From Spirochaetia bacterium (GTDB lineage Bacteria > Spirochaetota > Spirochaetia > SZUA-6 > Bin103), in contig OZ241907.1 of assembly GCA_965203515.1 (NCBI GenBank), positions 1,312,001 through 1,376,000 on the forward strand: 64,000 nt of DNA, written 5' to 3'. This document shows positions 39,699-48,392 of the stretch, piece after piece (positions within the stretch are counted from its first letter, which is position 1; the number at the start of each line of letters is the position of its first letter). Both the position numbers and the translations under genes were made by a program. The notes beneath the pieces were generated by a model. It did not search any database and was not told where the DNA came from. It was given only the letters and a program-made list of their open reading frames with translations.

Positions 39699-40747
39699 CC
39701 GCTCCCACCGGCGCCGCGCCGCTGCTGGACGCCTGCCGGCGGCGGCCGGTCAGCCGCGTGCCGATCTGGCTGATGCGGCAGGCCGGCCGCTATCTGCCGG
39801 AGTACCGGGCGTTGCGCGCCCGGCACGGCATGCTGGACATCATCGGCAACCCCGAGCTGGCGGCGATGGTCACCCTGCAGCCGCTGCGGCGCTTCGACCT
39901 GGACGCCGCCATCATCTTCGCCGACATCCTGCCGCCCCTGATCGGCATGGGGCTGGAGCTCTCCTTCGGCGCCGGCTCCGGACCGACGATCCACAACCCG
40001 ATCCGCTCCCCTGCGGACATCGCTGCGCTGCAGGTTTCCGAGCCGCGGCGTCACGCGGCGGCCACCCTCGACGCGCTGGGACTGGTGCGCCGGGAGCTGC
40101 CGCCGGCGGTCACGCTGATCGGCTTTGCCGGGGCGCCGTTCACCCTGGCCACCTATGCGATCGAGGGCGGCACGTCGCGGCAGTTCACCTTGACCAAGCG
40201 GATGATGTTCGAGCAACCGGAAGCGTGGCGCGCGCTGATGAGCAAGCTGGCGCGCATGGTGACCGAGTACCTGACCGCTCAGGCGGAGGCGGGCGCCCAG
40301 GCGCTGCAGCTCTTCGACAGCTGGGCGGGGGTGGTCGGCGCCTCCGACTACCGGGAGCACGTGCTGCCCTGCGTGCAGGAGGTGTGCGCCGGTCTGGAGT
40401 CGACCGGCGTGCCGCTGATCTACTTCAGCACCGGCACCGGCGCGATGCTCGACGTGCTGTCCTCGGTGCCGTGCCACGTCCTGAGCGTCGACTGGCGCGT
40501 CGACCTGGCGGCGGCGCGGCGCGCGCTGCCGGAGCGCATGGCCCTGCAGGGCAACCTGGACCCGGCCCTGCTGTTCGCGCCGCCGCACGTGCTGGAACGA
40601 CGAACGCGCGCCGTGCTGGCCAGCGCGGCGGCCGATCCCGGGTTCATCTTCAATCTGGGTCACGGCATCCTGCCGCAGACGCCGCCGGCCGCGGTCGAAC
40701 GGCTGGTCGCGATGGTGCACGGCGCGCCGCCGCCGGTGCGGGCATGA
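39695..40747 (+). CDS. hemE: Uroporphyrinogen decarboxylase (probable CTG start)
   Basis: PIWLMRQAGRYLPEY, DAAIIFADIL, GAPFT, QLFDSW, NLGHG. Confidence 0.93.
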   Translation: MTAPTGAAPLLDACRRRPVSRVPIWLMRQAGRYLPEYRALRARHGMLDIIGNPELAAMVTLQPLRRFDLDAAIIFADILPPLIGMGLELSFGAGSGPTIHNPIRSPADIAALQVSEPRRHAAATLDALGLVRRELPPAVTLIGFAGAPFTLATYAIEGGTSRQFTLTKRMMFEQPEAWRALMSKLARMVTEYLTAQAEAGAQALQLFDSWAGVVGASDYREHVLPCVQEVCAGLESTGVPLIYFSTGTGAMLDVLSSVPCHVLSVDWRVDLAAARRALPERMALQGNLDPALLFAPPHVLERRTRAVLASAAADPGFIFNLGHGILPQTPPAAVERLVAMVHGAPPPVRA

Positions 40748-41667
40748 GCCTGCTCGGCGTGCTGGTGATGGCCTACGGCGGTCCCGACTCCCTGGCCGAC
40801 GTTGCGCCCTATCTGCAGGACGTGCGCGGCGGGCGGCCTACCCCGCCCGCACTGGTGGAGGAGGTGCGCGAGCGCTATCGGCTGATCGGCGGCCGGTCGC
40901 CGTTGCGCGCCATCACCGAGCGGCAGGCGTCGGCGCTGGGCCGCGAGCTGCGGGCGCGCGGCGTGCGGGCGGTCGTGGCGGTCGGGATGCGGCACTGGCA
41001 TCCGCGCATTGCGCCGGCGGTGGAGCGCCTGGCCCGGCAGGGCGTGACCCGCGTCGTGGGGCTGGCGCTGACGCCGCACTACTCGCGCCGCAGCGTCGGT
41101 GCCTATCAGGAGCGGGCGCGCGCGGCGGCCGCCGCGCTCCCGGCGGCACCTCGCCTTGCCTTCGTCTCTCACTTCGGCGATCACCCGCGATACGTCGCCG
41201 CGGTCGCGCGCGATCTGCAGCGCACGCGAGCGTCGCTGCGGGACCCGGCGCGCGCCCGCGTGCTGTTCTCCGCGCACAGCCTGCCGACCGCGTGGGTGGA
41301 CGGCGGCGACCCCTACCCGGCGCAACTCCGCGCCTCCGCCGATGCGGTCGCGGCATCCGCCGGCTTGCGGCCGCATCAGTGGCGGCAGTGCTTCCAGTCA
41401 GCGGGAGCGCGGCCGGGAAACTGGCTGGGACCGTCCCTGGAGGAGGAACTGCGCCGCGCCGACGCTGACGGGGTGGATGAAGTGATCGTGGTGCCGTTCG
41501 GATTCGTGGCCGACCACGTAGAGGTCCTGTTCGACATCGACATCGAACTGCGCGCGCTCGGCGCCTCCATCGGAGTCAGCGTGACGCGCACGCCCGCCCT
41601 GGACAGCGACCCGGGCCTGATCGCCGCGCTGGCTGACCGGGTGCAGGAGGCGGCGGCGCGTCTGTGA
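40744..41667 (+). CDS. hemH: Ferrochelatase (coproporphyrin type, CpfC)
   Basis: MAYGGP, GGRSPL, LFSAHSLP, FQSAG, GFVADHVEVLFDID. Confidence 0.92.
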   Translation: MSLLGVLVMAYGGPDSLADVAPYLQDVRGGRPTPPALVEEVRERYRLIGGRSPLRAITERQASALGRELRARGVRAVVAVGMRHWHPRIAPAVERLARQGVTRVVGLALTPHYSRRSVGAYQERARAAAAALPAAPRLAFVSHFGDHPRYVAAVARDLQRTRASLRDPARARVLFSAHSLPTAWVDGGDPYPAQLRASADAVAASAGLRPHQWRQCFQSAGARPGNWLGPSLEEELRRADADGVDEVIVVPFGFVADHVEVLFDIDIELRALGASIGVSVTRTPALDSDPGLIAALADRVQEAAARL

Positions 41668-41677
41668 CGGACGCGCC

Positions 41678-43126
41678 ATGAAGGCCGCCGCGGGCCGGCG
41701 GCGCGTGGTGGTGGTCGGCGGCGGCATCACCGGCTTGGCCGCTGCCTGGTACCTGCTGCGCGCCGCGGCAGCCAGGCCGGGCTTCGAGGTGGTGGCGTTG
41801 GAGGCCGATCGGCGCGCCGGCGGCAAGCTGCGCACCGAACGCCGGGACGGCTTCCTGATCGAGGCGGGGCCCGATTCGTTCCTGACCGGCAAGCCCGCCG
41901 CCGTCGATCTGTGCCGGGAGCTGGGATTGACCGGAGCGCTCATCCCGCAGCGGCAGCCGCGCAGCGCCAGCGTGCTGCGCCGCGGTCGGCTGGTGCCGAT
42001 CCCGCCCGGCCTGCGCCTGGTGCACCCCACCCGGCCGTGGGCGCTGCTCCGCTCGCCGCTGTTGTCTCCGGCCGGGCGGCTGCGCGCCCTGGCGCACCCG
42101 TTGGTGCCGCGGCGCGCGGATGCCGGTGACGAAAGCGTCGGCGCCTACGTCCGGCGCCGCTATGGGCGGGAGATGCTGCGGGTGCTCGGCGAGCCGCTGC
42201 TGGCCGGCATCCATCTGGCGGACCCGTGGCAGCTCAGCCTGACCGCCACCTTTCCGGGACTGCGAACGCCGCACCGGCGCGGCGGGAATGGCGGGACGGC
42301 CGCCGGTGCACGCGGGCCGGCGGACGTCCCGCACCTGCGCGGCAGCCCGTTTGCCAGCCTGAGCGGAGGGATGGAGCAGCTCGTCGACGCGCTCGGCGCC
42401 CGCCTGGGACGCGCGCTGCGCACCGGCGCGGCGGTCACCGCCATCGCGCCGGCACCGGCGGGCTACCGGGTGCGGCTGGACGGACCGGCCGGCGGCGCGG
42501 AGCTGGACGCCGCCGCGGTGGTGGTGACGACGCCGGCGGCGGTCGCCGCACGGCTGGCCGCCCGCCTCAACCCGCCGCTGGCGCAACGCCTTGCCGCCGC
42601 CGAGGCGACCACGTCCGCCGTGGTGACGCTGGGGTACGCCGGCATCGGCGGCGGCTTCCCGGCGTCCGGCTCCGGCTTTCCGGCGGCCGGTTCCGGCTTC
42701 CTGGTGCCGCGCGGCGAAGGATGCCGGCTGCTGGCCTGCACGTGGAGTTCCGCCAAGTGGCCGGGACGAGCGCCGGCCGGCGGCCTGCTGCTGCGCGCCT
42801 TCATCGGCGGTTGGCGCCATCCGCACCTGCCGGACCGCACCGACGACGAGCTGCTGGCCCTGGTGCAGGACGAGCTGGCCCACATCCCCGGCTTCGCCTT
42901 CATCCGCGCCGGCGCGCCGGCCGTGCGCCGCGTGCAGCGTTGGCCGGACGGCACCCCGCTCTACCGCGTCGGCCACCGCGAGTGGCTCGCCGGGGTCCGC
43001 TCAGCGTGCTCCGCCACGCCCGGCGTGTGGTTGGCCGGCGCGCCCTATGACGGCGTTGGAATCCCCGACTGCATCCGCTCAGCGCGTGCCGCGGCCGACG
43101 CCGCAACCGCCTACCTGCGCCGCTGA
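41678..43126 (+). CDS. hemY: Proto/coproporphyrinogen oxidase (HemY/CgoX)
   Basis: VVGGGITGL, IEAGPDSF, GFLVP, SAKWP.RAP, GVGIPDCI. Confidence 0.92.
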   Translation: MKAAAGRRRVVVVGGGITGLAAAWYLLRAAAARPGFEVVALEADRRAGGKLRTERRDGFLIEAGPDSFLTGKPAAVDLCRELGLTGALIPQRQPRSASVLRRGRLVPIPPGLRLVHPTRPWALLRSPLLSPAGRLRALAHPLVPRRADAGDESVGAYVRRRYGREMLRVLGEPLLAGIHLADPWQLSLTATFPGLRTPHRRGGNGGTAAGARGPADVPHLRGSPFASLSGGMEQLVDALGARLGRALRTGAAVTAIAPAPAGYRVRLDGPAGGAELDAAAVVVTTPAAVAARLAARLNPPLAQRLAAAEATTSAVVTLGYAGIGGGFPASGSGFPAAGSGFLVPRGEGCRLLACTWSSAKWPGRAPAGGLLLRAFIGGWRHPHLPDRTDDELLALVQDELAHIPGFAFIRAGAPAVRRVQRWPDGTPLYRVGHREWLAGVRSACSATPGVWLAGAPYDGVGIPDCIRSARAAADAATAYLRR

Positions 43127-43181
43127 CGGCAGCGGCCGCGCGCCATCTCCGCGGCCTTCGCGACCGGCTACTGACGAGAAA

Positions 43182-43278
43182 GACGGCCTCGGCTCGCGGC
43201 GCCGCTTCGGCAGCGAAGCAAGAGGCCCGATCGGACAGCGCCGCTCCTTCGGCGGCGAAGGTATCGGCTCAGGCGGCG
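43182..43278 (+). repeat. 97-bp direct repeat, copy 1 (copy 2 at 44300-44396)
   Basis: 4 mismatches in 97 nt by direct comparison. Confidence 0.92.
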
Positions 43279-43338
43279 CTTCGCTACCAGCGCTGCGGTG
43301 TCGCTGTTGACATTATTCCCCGCCGGTCGTGGAGCTGG

Positions 43339-43515
43339 TCACCAGCGCGGCGGTCGCCTTGCTGGGCCGTCTGGATGATGGTTGACGATCATGCTCAGAA
43401 GTTGGCGGTAGTCCGCCTGGTCAGCGAGCGCTGCCAAGAGCTTGAAACGCCGTCCCCGTTCGGTCGGACCGATAGATTGGATTCTTCCTGCTTGTCCATT
43501 GGGGGACGGTATCAT
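43339..43515 (-). CDS. Possible small orphan protein (58 aa)
   Basis: MIPSPNGQAG...KLLAALADQADYRQLLSMIVNHH; TGATG junction with an upstream stop; purine-rich upstream sequence. Confidence 0.3.
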   Translation of the reverse strand: MIPSPNGQAGRIQSIGPTERGRRFKLLAALADQADYRQLLSMIVNHHPDGPARRPPRW

Positions 43516-43618
43516 CACTCCCTACCCTCGTCGGCATACGGATCGACGGGTCCGTCGCCTGGCTGCGGCGACCGGGCGCTGATCAGGCGCGCGCGGAGGA
43601 CGTCGGACCCGACCAGGG

Positions 43619-43816
43619 TTAGATCACTCCATCTTCGGTATACGGGTCGACGGGCTCCTTGCCGACCCGCAGCTTCTCGTCGACCGGGTACCACTTGCCG
43701 TCTTCTCCCCGGGTATACTTGCGGCCGTTGATCGTTTCCACTACCAGGTCCGTGACCGGCTCCCACGTGCCGTCTTCGCGCTTGCGAAGTATGGCGCCGC
43801 CGTCGACCACTTTCAT
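43619..43816 (-). CDS. Small orphan protein (65 aa) with EDGxWxPV repeat
   Basis: MKVVDGGAILRKREDGTWEPV...RGEDGKWYPV...PVDPYTEDGVI; composition typical of real proteins. Confidence 0.55.
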   Translation of the reverse strand: MKVVDGGAILRKREDGTWEPVTDLVVETINGRKYTRGEDGKWYPVDEKLRVGKEPVDPYTEDGVI

Positions 43817-44032
43817 GACCGCCCGTCCCTGCAGGCGGTCTGCAGGCCGGCCGGACCAATCGGTATCTACGCGCTCGGCGTCTTCGTTACCCATCCCTGA
43901 TCGACCATGAGCCTATCGAACGCGGCCGCGATCGGCAAGAAGTCGTCATGGGTCCATGCCGCGAGATGCCCGGGTGTAGTAGTCGTCCCGCTCGCTTCTG
44001 TCGAGTTTTCGCCGGGAATCGTTGCGGATAAC

Positions 44033-44061
44033 TTGACTCAACTACTTTACATTATTATACT
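44033..44061 (+). promoter_or_regulatory. Near-consensus sigma70 promoter TTGACT-17-TATACT
   Basis: Exact 17-nt AT-rich spacer; ATG 6 nt downstream (leaderless geometry). Confidence 0.8.
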
Positions 44062-44067
44062 TATGCC

Positions 44068-44560
44068 ATGAACGACAGTCGTTCCGACACGGCCGACACA
44101 GCCATCACGACCACCGTTTCCGCCCTCTCCGACGACCGCCTGATAGCGCGGATCCACACATGACGTTAGGTCAGATCATGGGGCGGCTGGTGCAGGAAGG
44201 GCTCGACCGCCACGACCCGGCCCGGCCGCCGCGCGGGCGGCGCACCGGCTCTCGCGCGGCCCGCGCGGCAGGCGCCGAGCAGACTTCGGCGGCGAAGATG
44301 ACGGCCTCGGCTCGCGGCGCAACTTCGGCAGCGAAGCAGGAGGCCCGATCGGACAGCGCCGCTCCTTCGGCGGCGAGGGTATCGGCTCAGGCGGCGGAGT
44401 CGGTAGACGAAGCCGCGCCACTGCAGGCGGACCGCATCCCAGACCGCCCGGACACTTCGGCGGCGACGCGGCGCCTCGGCCGGCAGGAGGCTGCGGCGTG
44501 CGCGAAGCCGGCGCCGCCGCGGGCCCAAAACTTCGGCGGCGAAGGCGGGCGGCGGCAGGA
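44068..44560 (+). pseudogene. Internally deleted remnant of an HNH-endonuclease-family gene with TSAAK repeats
   Basis: N-terminus ..VSALSDDRLIAR joined out of frame to DPHMTLGQIMGRLVQEGLDRHDP, then TSAAK repeats; no HNH motif remains; family assignment from recalled similarity. Confidence 0.6.
44283..44544 (+). repeat. Array of 15-bp palindromic units (a/c)CTTCG-GC(G/A)G-CGAAG with unique spacers
   Basis: Units at 44283, 44322, 44364, 44454, 44530; spacers 24, 27, 75, 61 nt. Confidence 0.85.
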
Positions 44561-44578
44561 GTTCAGCGGCCGCCGCGC

Positions 44579-45170
44579 TCAGGGGCAGCGCTTCCCCGGC
44601 ACTGCGTTGCGGGCGGTCGCGCGGTGGCGCCGGTACCACTGCACCGTATGCGCCAAGCCGGCCCGCAACGAGGTCCGGGGAGAAAATCCCAGCTCCTTGC
44701 GCGCCCGGGAAATGTCGAACCTGCGCCGGGCCTGGCCGGCGGGCCGACTGCGGTCCCACACGATCGCGCCGCGGTAGCCGGTGATCTCCCGCAGCAGCTC
44801 CACCACTTCGCGAATGCTGGTTTCGGCGCCGGAGGAAAGGTTCAGCAGCGCGGGCCGGTCGTACCGCTCGGCGGCGCGAATCATGCCCTGCGCCACGTCG
44901 CCGACGAACACGAAGTCACGCTGCGGCGCGCCGCTGCCCCAGACGGTCACCGAGGGCAGGGCGTCGTCCGCCGCCGCCACGAACTTGCGCACCAGAGCCG
45001 GCACCACGTGCGCCGCCTCCAGGTCGAAGTTGTCGTGCGGGCCGTAGATGTTGCCCGGCAGCGCCACCACGATCGGGAACCGGTACTGGCGCCAGTAGGC
45101 GAGCGACTGCACATGCAGCATGCGCTTCGCCAGTGAGTAGGGCGCGCTTTCGTCTTGCGGAAACCCTGCC
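44579..45170 (-). pseudogene. fcl: GDP-L-fucose synthase/epimerase, C-terminal half only
   Basis: YSLAK, PGNIYGPHDNFDL...HVVPALVRKF, VWGSG.P.RDF; the Rossmann N-terminus is absent. Confidence 0.8.
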
Positions 45171-45230
45171 AAGGCTGGTTTCCGGGCGCCTGCGAGCAAC
45201 CGGACAGGTAGGTCGGTAAACGGCACTGGC

Positions 45231-46532
45231 CTAGCGGTGGAATGCCGGCAGCAACGGCGCCTGCGCCTCCAGCATCTCGTCGCAGACCCGCCAGATGTCG
45301 TCCAGGGTGAGGGCGGCGGCGGTGTGCGGGTCGAGCATGGCGGCGTGATAGACCGCCTCACGCCGGCGTGACTCGGCCGCCTCCACGGCGGCGAGCTGCA
45401 CGGCGACGTTGCTGCCGACGATCCCGGCCAGCACGGTCGGCAGGCGGCCGAACTTCACCGGCGCCAGGCCGGCGCCGTCGACATGGCAGGCGACCTCCAC
45501 GCAGGCGTCCGCCGGCAGGTTGTCGATCAGGCCGCGGTTGAGCACGTTGCCGTGGATGGTCGCCGGCGCTCCGGTCTCGATCGCCTCGATGATGATCGAT
45601 CCGTACTCGTGGCTCATCGGCTGTATCTCCACGCCGTGGTCGGGATCGGAGAACTCGCGCCGCTGCCGCTCCCAGGCCGCCACCTGCCGATCGCGGCGGC
45701 GCAGCAGCTCGTTCAGCGGCACGCGGTACCGGTCGACGACCTGGCCGCCGTGGTGGATGAAGTACGGCGTGTACTCGGCCTGGTGCTCGGAACTCTCGGT
45801 GACGAAGTAACCGGTGCGCCGCAGCATCTCGAAGCGCACGGTGCGGCCCAGCCCGTCCGGGTCGTCGCGGAGGCGTTCGAACAGCACCGGGTAGAGGTCG
45901 CGGCCGCCGGCGCGGAACTCGGTATAGAACGCCATGTGATTGATGCCGGCGCACCGGAAGCGGACCTCCGCCTCCGGGACGCCGGCGATGCCGGCGAGCT
46001 TGGCCGCGGTCCCCTGCACGCTGTGGCACAGGCCGACCGCCGGGATGGCGCGGGCGCGCAGCACCGCCAGCATGTTCATCGCCATCGGGTTGGTGTAGTT
46101 GAGCAGCAGGCAGCGCGGCGCGCCGATCGAGGCGATGTTCTCCGCCAGCTCCATCATCACCGGATAGGTGCGCAACGCGCGGAAGATGCCGCCGATCCCC
46201 AGCGTGTCGGCGATCGTCTGGCGCAGACCGTAACGGGCGGGGATGTCGAAGTCCTGACGGATCGTCTCGGTATCGCCGACCTGCACGCAGCAGATCACGT
46301 AGTCGGCGTCCCGGATCGCCTCGCGCTGATCGCCGGTGGTGCGCACGGCCGCCGGCTTGTCGAGAGCGCGCGCGGTCTTCTCGGCGGCGATGCCGGCGAT
46401 CCGCAGCCGCTCCGGGTCGATGTCCATCAGACGGAACTCCGGCGCGCCGATGCCGTCGCGCTGCAGGATGTCGCTGATGAGCTTCTGCGCGAAGACGACG
46501 CTGCCGGCGCCGATCAGGGCGATGTTGGGCAT
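45231..46532 (-). CDS. melA: GH4 alpha-galactosidase/glucosidase
   Basis: IGAGSVVF, DTLGIGG.FRALRT, NYTNP, GLCHSV, GINH, TESSEH. Confidence 0.9.
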   Translation of the reverse strand: MPNIALIGAGSVVFAQKLISDILQRDGIGAPEFRLMDIDPERLRIAGIAAEKTARALDKPAAVRTTGDQREAIRDADYVICCVQVGDTETIRQDFDIPARYGLRQTIADTLGIGGIFRALRTYPVMMELAENIASIGAPRCLLLNYTNPMAMNMLAVLRARAIPAVGLCHSVQGTAAKLAGIAGVPEAEVRFRCAGINHMAFYTEFRAGGRDLYPVLFERLRDDPDGLGRTVRFEMLRRTGYFVTESSEHQAEYTPYFIHHGGQVVDRYRVPLNELLRRRDRQVAAWERQRREFSDPDHGVEIQPMSHEYGSIIIEAIETGAPATIHGNVLNRGLIDNLPADACVEVACHVDGAGLAPVKFGRLPTVLAGIVGSNVAVQLAAVEAAESRRREAVYHAAMLDPHTAAALTLDDIWRVCDEMLEAQAPLLPAFHR

Positions 46533-46542
46533 GGCGCGCAGT

Positions 46543-48291
46543 CTATCCGCTTCCGACGGTTCCGTCCGGGGCGGCCGCCGCGCCGTCGACGGTCATCAGG
46601 TCGAGGTCCGCGCCCCGGTCGGCCTGCAGGACGTGTCGGGCATGGATGCGCGCCCAGCCGCGCGCCGGCAGCGGGCGCGGCTGCAGTCGACGGTGGCGGC
46701 GGGCGAGTTCTTCCGGGTCCACCCGCAGATCGATGGCGCCCCGCGATACCGAGAGCCGGATCGGGTCGCCGTCGCGGACCAGCGCCAGCGGACCGCCGAC
46801 CGCCGCTTCGGGCGCGCAGTGCAGGACGACGGTGCCGTACGCGGTGCCGCTCATGCGGGCGTCCGACACGCGCACCATGTCGGTGACCCCGCGTTCGGCG
46901 AGCTTGCGGGGAATCGGCAGCGAGCCGGCTTCCGGCATGCCGGCCGCCACCGGCCCGGCGTTGCGGAGCACCAGCACGTGCCGAGGCCCGACCTCCAGGC
47001 CGGGGTCGTCGATCCGCGCCGCCGCGTCGGCCGGCGAGTCGAACACCACCGCCGGGCCCTGGTGCTCGCACAGCTCCGGGGTCGCCGCCGCGCTCTTGAT
47101 GATCGCGCCGTCGGGAGCGAGCGAGCCGCGCAGCACGGCGAGCGATCCGGCGCCGCCAAGCGGCCGGTCCAAGGTTCGGATCACCGATTGCCACGGCCCC
47201 GGCGGTGCTGCGCGCGCCAGGCGTTCGCGCAGCGTGCGCCCCTCGACGTCGATCGGCTCCGGGTGCAGCAGCGGCTCCAGCGCCTTCAGCACGGCCGGGA
47301 GTCCGCCCGCTTCGTGAAGATCCTCCATGTACCGCGAACCGGACGGCTTGCAGTCGACCAGCAGCGGAACCCGGTCGGAAGCCGCCCGCAAGTCGTCCAA
47401 CGACAGTTCGACGCCGGCCCGGCGTGCGATCGCCGTCAGGTGGATGATCGTGTTGGTCGAGCCGCCCACGGCGATCAGGACCGCAAGCGCGTTCTCGAAC
47501 GCCGGCCGCGTCAGGATCCGGTCGGGGGCGATCGGTTCCCGCGCCAGCAGCGCGGCCCGCCGGCCCGAGGCGACCGCGTTGCGGAGCTGGTCCGCGCTCC
47601 CGGAGGTCGGGGACGCGCCGCCGGGGAGCATGAGGCCCAGCGTCTCGGCGACGCAGGCGATGGTGGAGGCGGACCCCATCACCATGCAGGTGCCGGGGGT
47701 GGAGCAGAGTTGCCGCTGCACCTGCCGGAGCTCCGCCTCCCCGATCCGGCCCTCGCGAAAGCCCGCGTAGTAGCGGCGGCAGTCGGTGCAGGCGCCGACG
47801 CGTTCGCCGCGCCACGCTCCGGTCCGCATGGCGCCGGTCACGCAGACGACCGCCGGCACGTTCGCGGAGGCCGCCGCCATGAGCTGCGCGGGAACGGTCT
47901 TGTCGCAGCCGCCCAGCAGCACCACGGCGTCCATCGGCTGCGCGCGGATCATCTCCTCGGTTTCCATGGCCAGAAGATTCCGGTACAACATGGTCGTGGG
48001 CGAGAACAGGATCTCGTTGAGGGAGATCGTGGGGAAGACCAGCGGAAGCCCGCCGGCCTGCAGGACGCCGCGCTTCACCGCCTCGACCAGCGCCGGCATG
48101 TGGGCGTGACAGGTGTTGTAGTCGCTCGACGTATCGGCTATGCCGACCACCGGACGCTCCAGGTCCGCGCTGTCGAACCCCTGCGACGCCAGGAAGGCGC
48201 GGCGTATGAAGCGACTGAAGGCGGGGTCGCCGTAGCTGGTGAGGCTGCGGTCGATGCCGGTCGGCTCGTCCGCCCTGACTGCGCGTATCAT
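46543..48291 (-). CDS. IlvD/Edd family dehydratase (probably sugar-acid)
   Basis: NTCH, GCDKT, GTC..MG, GGSTN, GMPE, SDARMSGT. Confidence 0.92.
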   Translation of the reverse strand: MIRAVRADEPTGIDRSLTSYGDPAFSRFIRRAFLASQGFDSADLERPVVGIADTSSDYNTCHAHMPALVEAVKRGVLQAGGLPLVFPTISLNEILFSPTTMLYRNLLAMETEEMIRAQPMDAVVLLGGCDKTVPAQLMAAASANVPAVVCVTGAMRTGAWRGERVGACTDCRRYYAGFREGRIGEAELRQVQRQLCSTPGTCMVMGSASTIACVAETLGLMLPGGASPTSGSADQLRNAVASGRRAALLAREPIAPDRILTRPAFENALAVLIAVGGSTNTIIHLTAIARRAGVELSLDDLRAASDRVPLLVDCKPSGSRYMEDLHEAGGLPAVLKALEPLLHPEPIDVEGRTLRERLARAAPPGPWQSVIRTLDRPLGGAGSLAVLRGSLAPDGAIIKSAAATPELCEHQGPAVVFDSPADAAARIDDPGLEVGPRHVLVLRNAGPVAAGMPEAGSLPIPRKLAERGVTDMVRVSDARMSGTAYGTVVLHCAPEAAVGGPLALVRDGDPIRLSVSRGAIDLRVDPEELARRHRRLQPRPLPARGWARIHARHVLQADRGADLDLMTVDGAAAAPDGTVGSG

Positions 48292-48392
48292 GCCGGCGCC
48301 GGCGGCTCGATCGACCGGGAGTCTCCGCGCACGGCATCATGCTATCCACCCATGACGCTGCCTGGCAAAGAGACCGACCGGACACCGACCGC

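Noticed and set aside
42653..42700. 21-bp tandem duplication in hemY (GFPASGS GFPAAGS GF)
   Set aside because: In-frame loop insertion, probably neutral
43182..44396. Repeat pair as DGR template/variable repeats
   Set aside because: Mismatches are not confined to adenines of one copy, and no reverse transcriptase is in the window
44283..44544. Canonical CRISPR array
   Set aside because: Repeats are only 15 nt, spacing is irregular and no cas genes are present; kept as a non-canonical array finding
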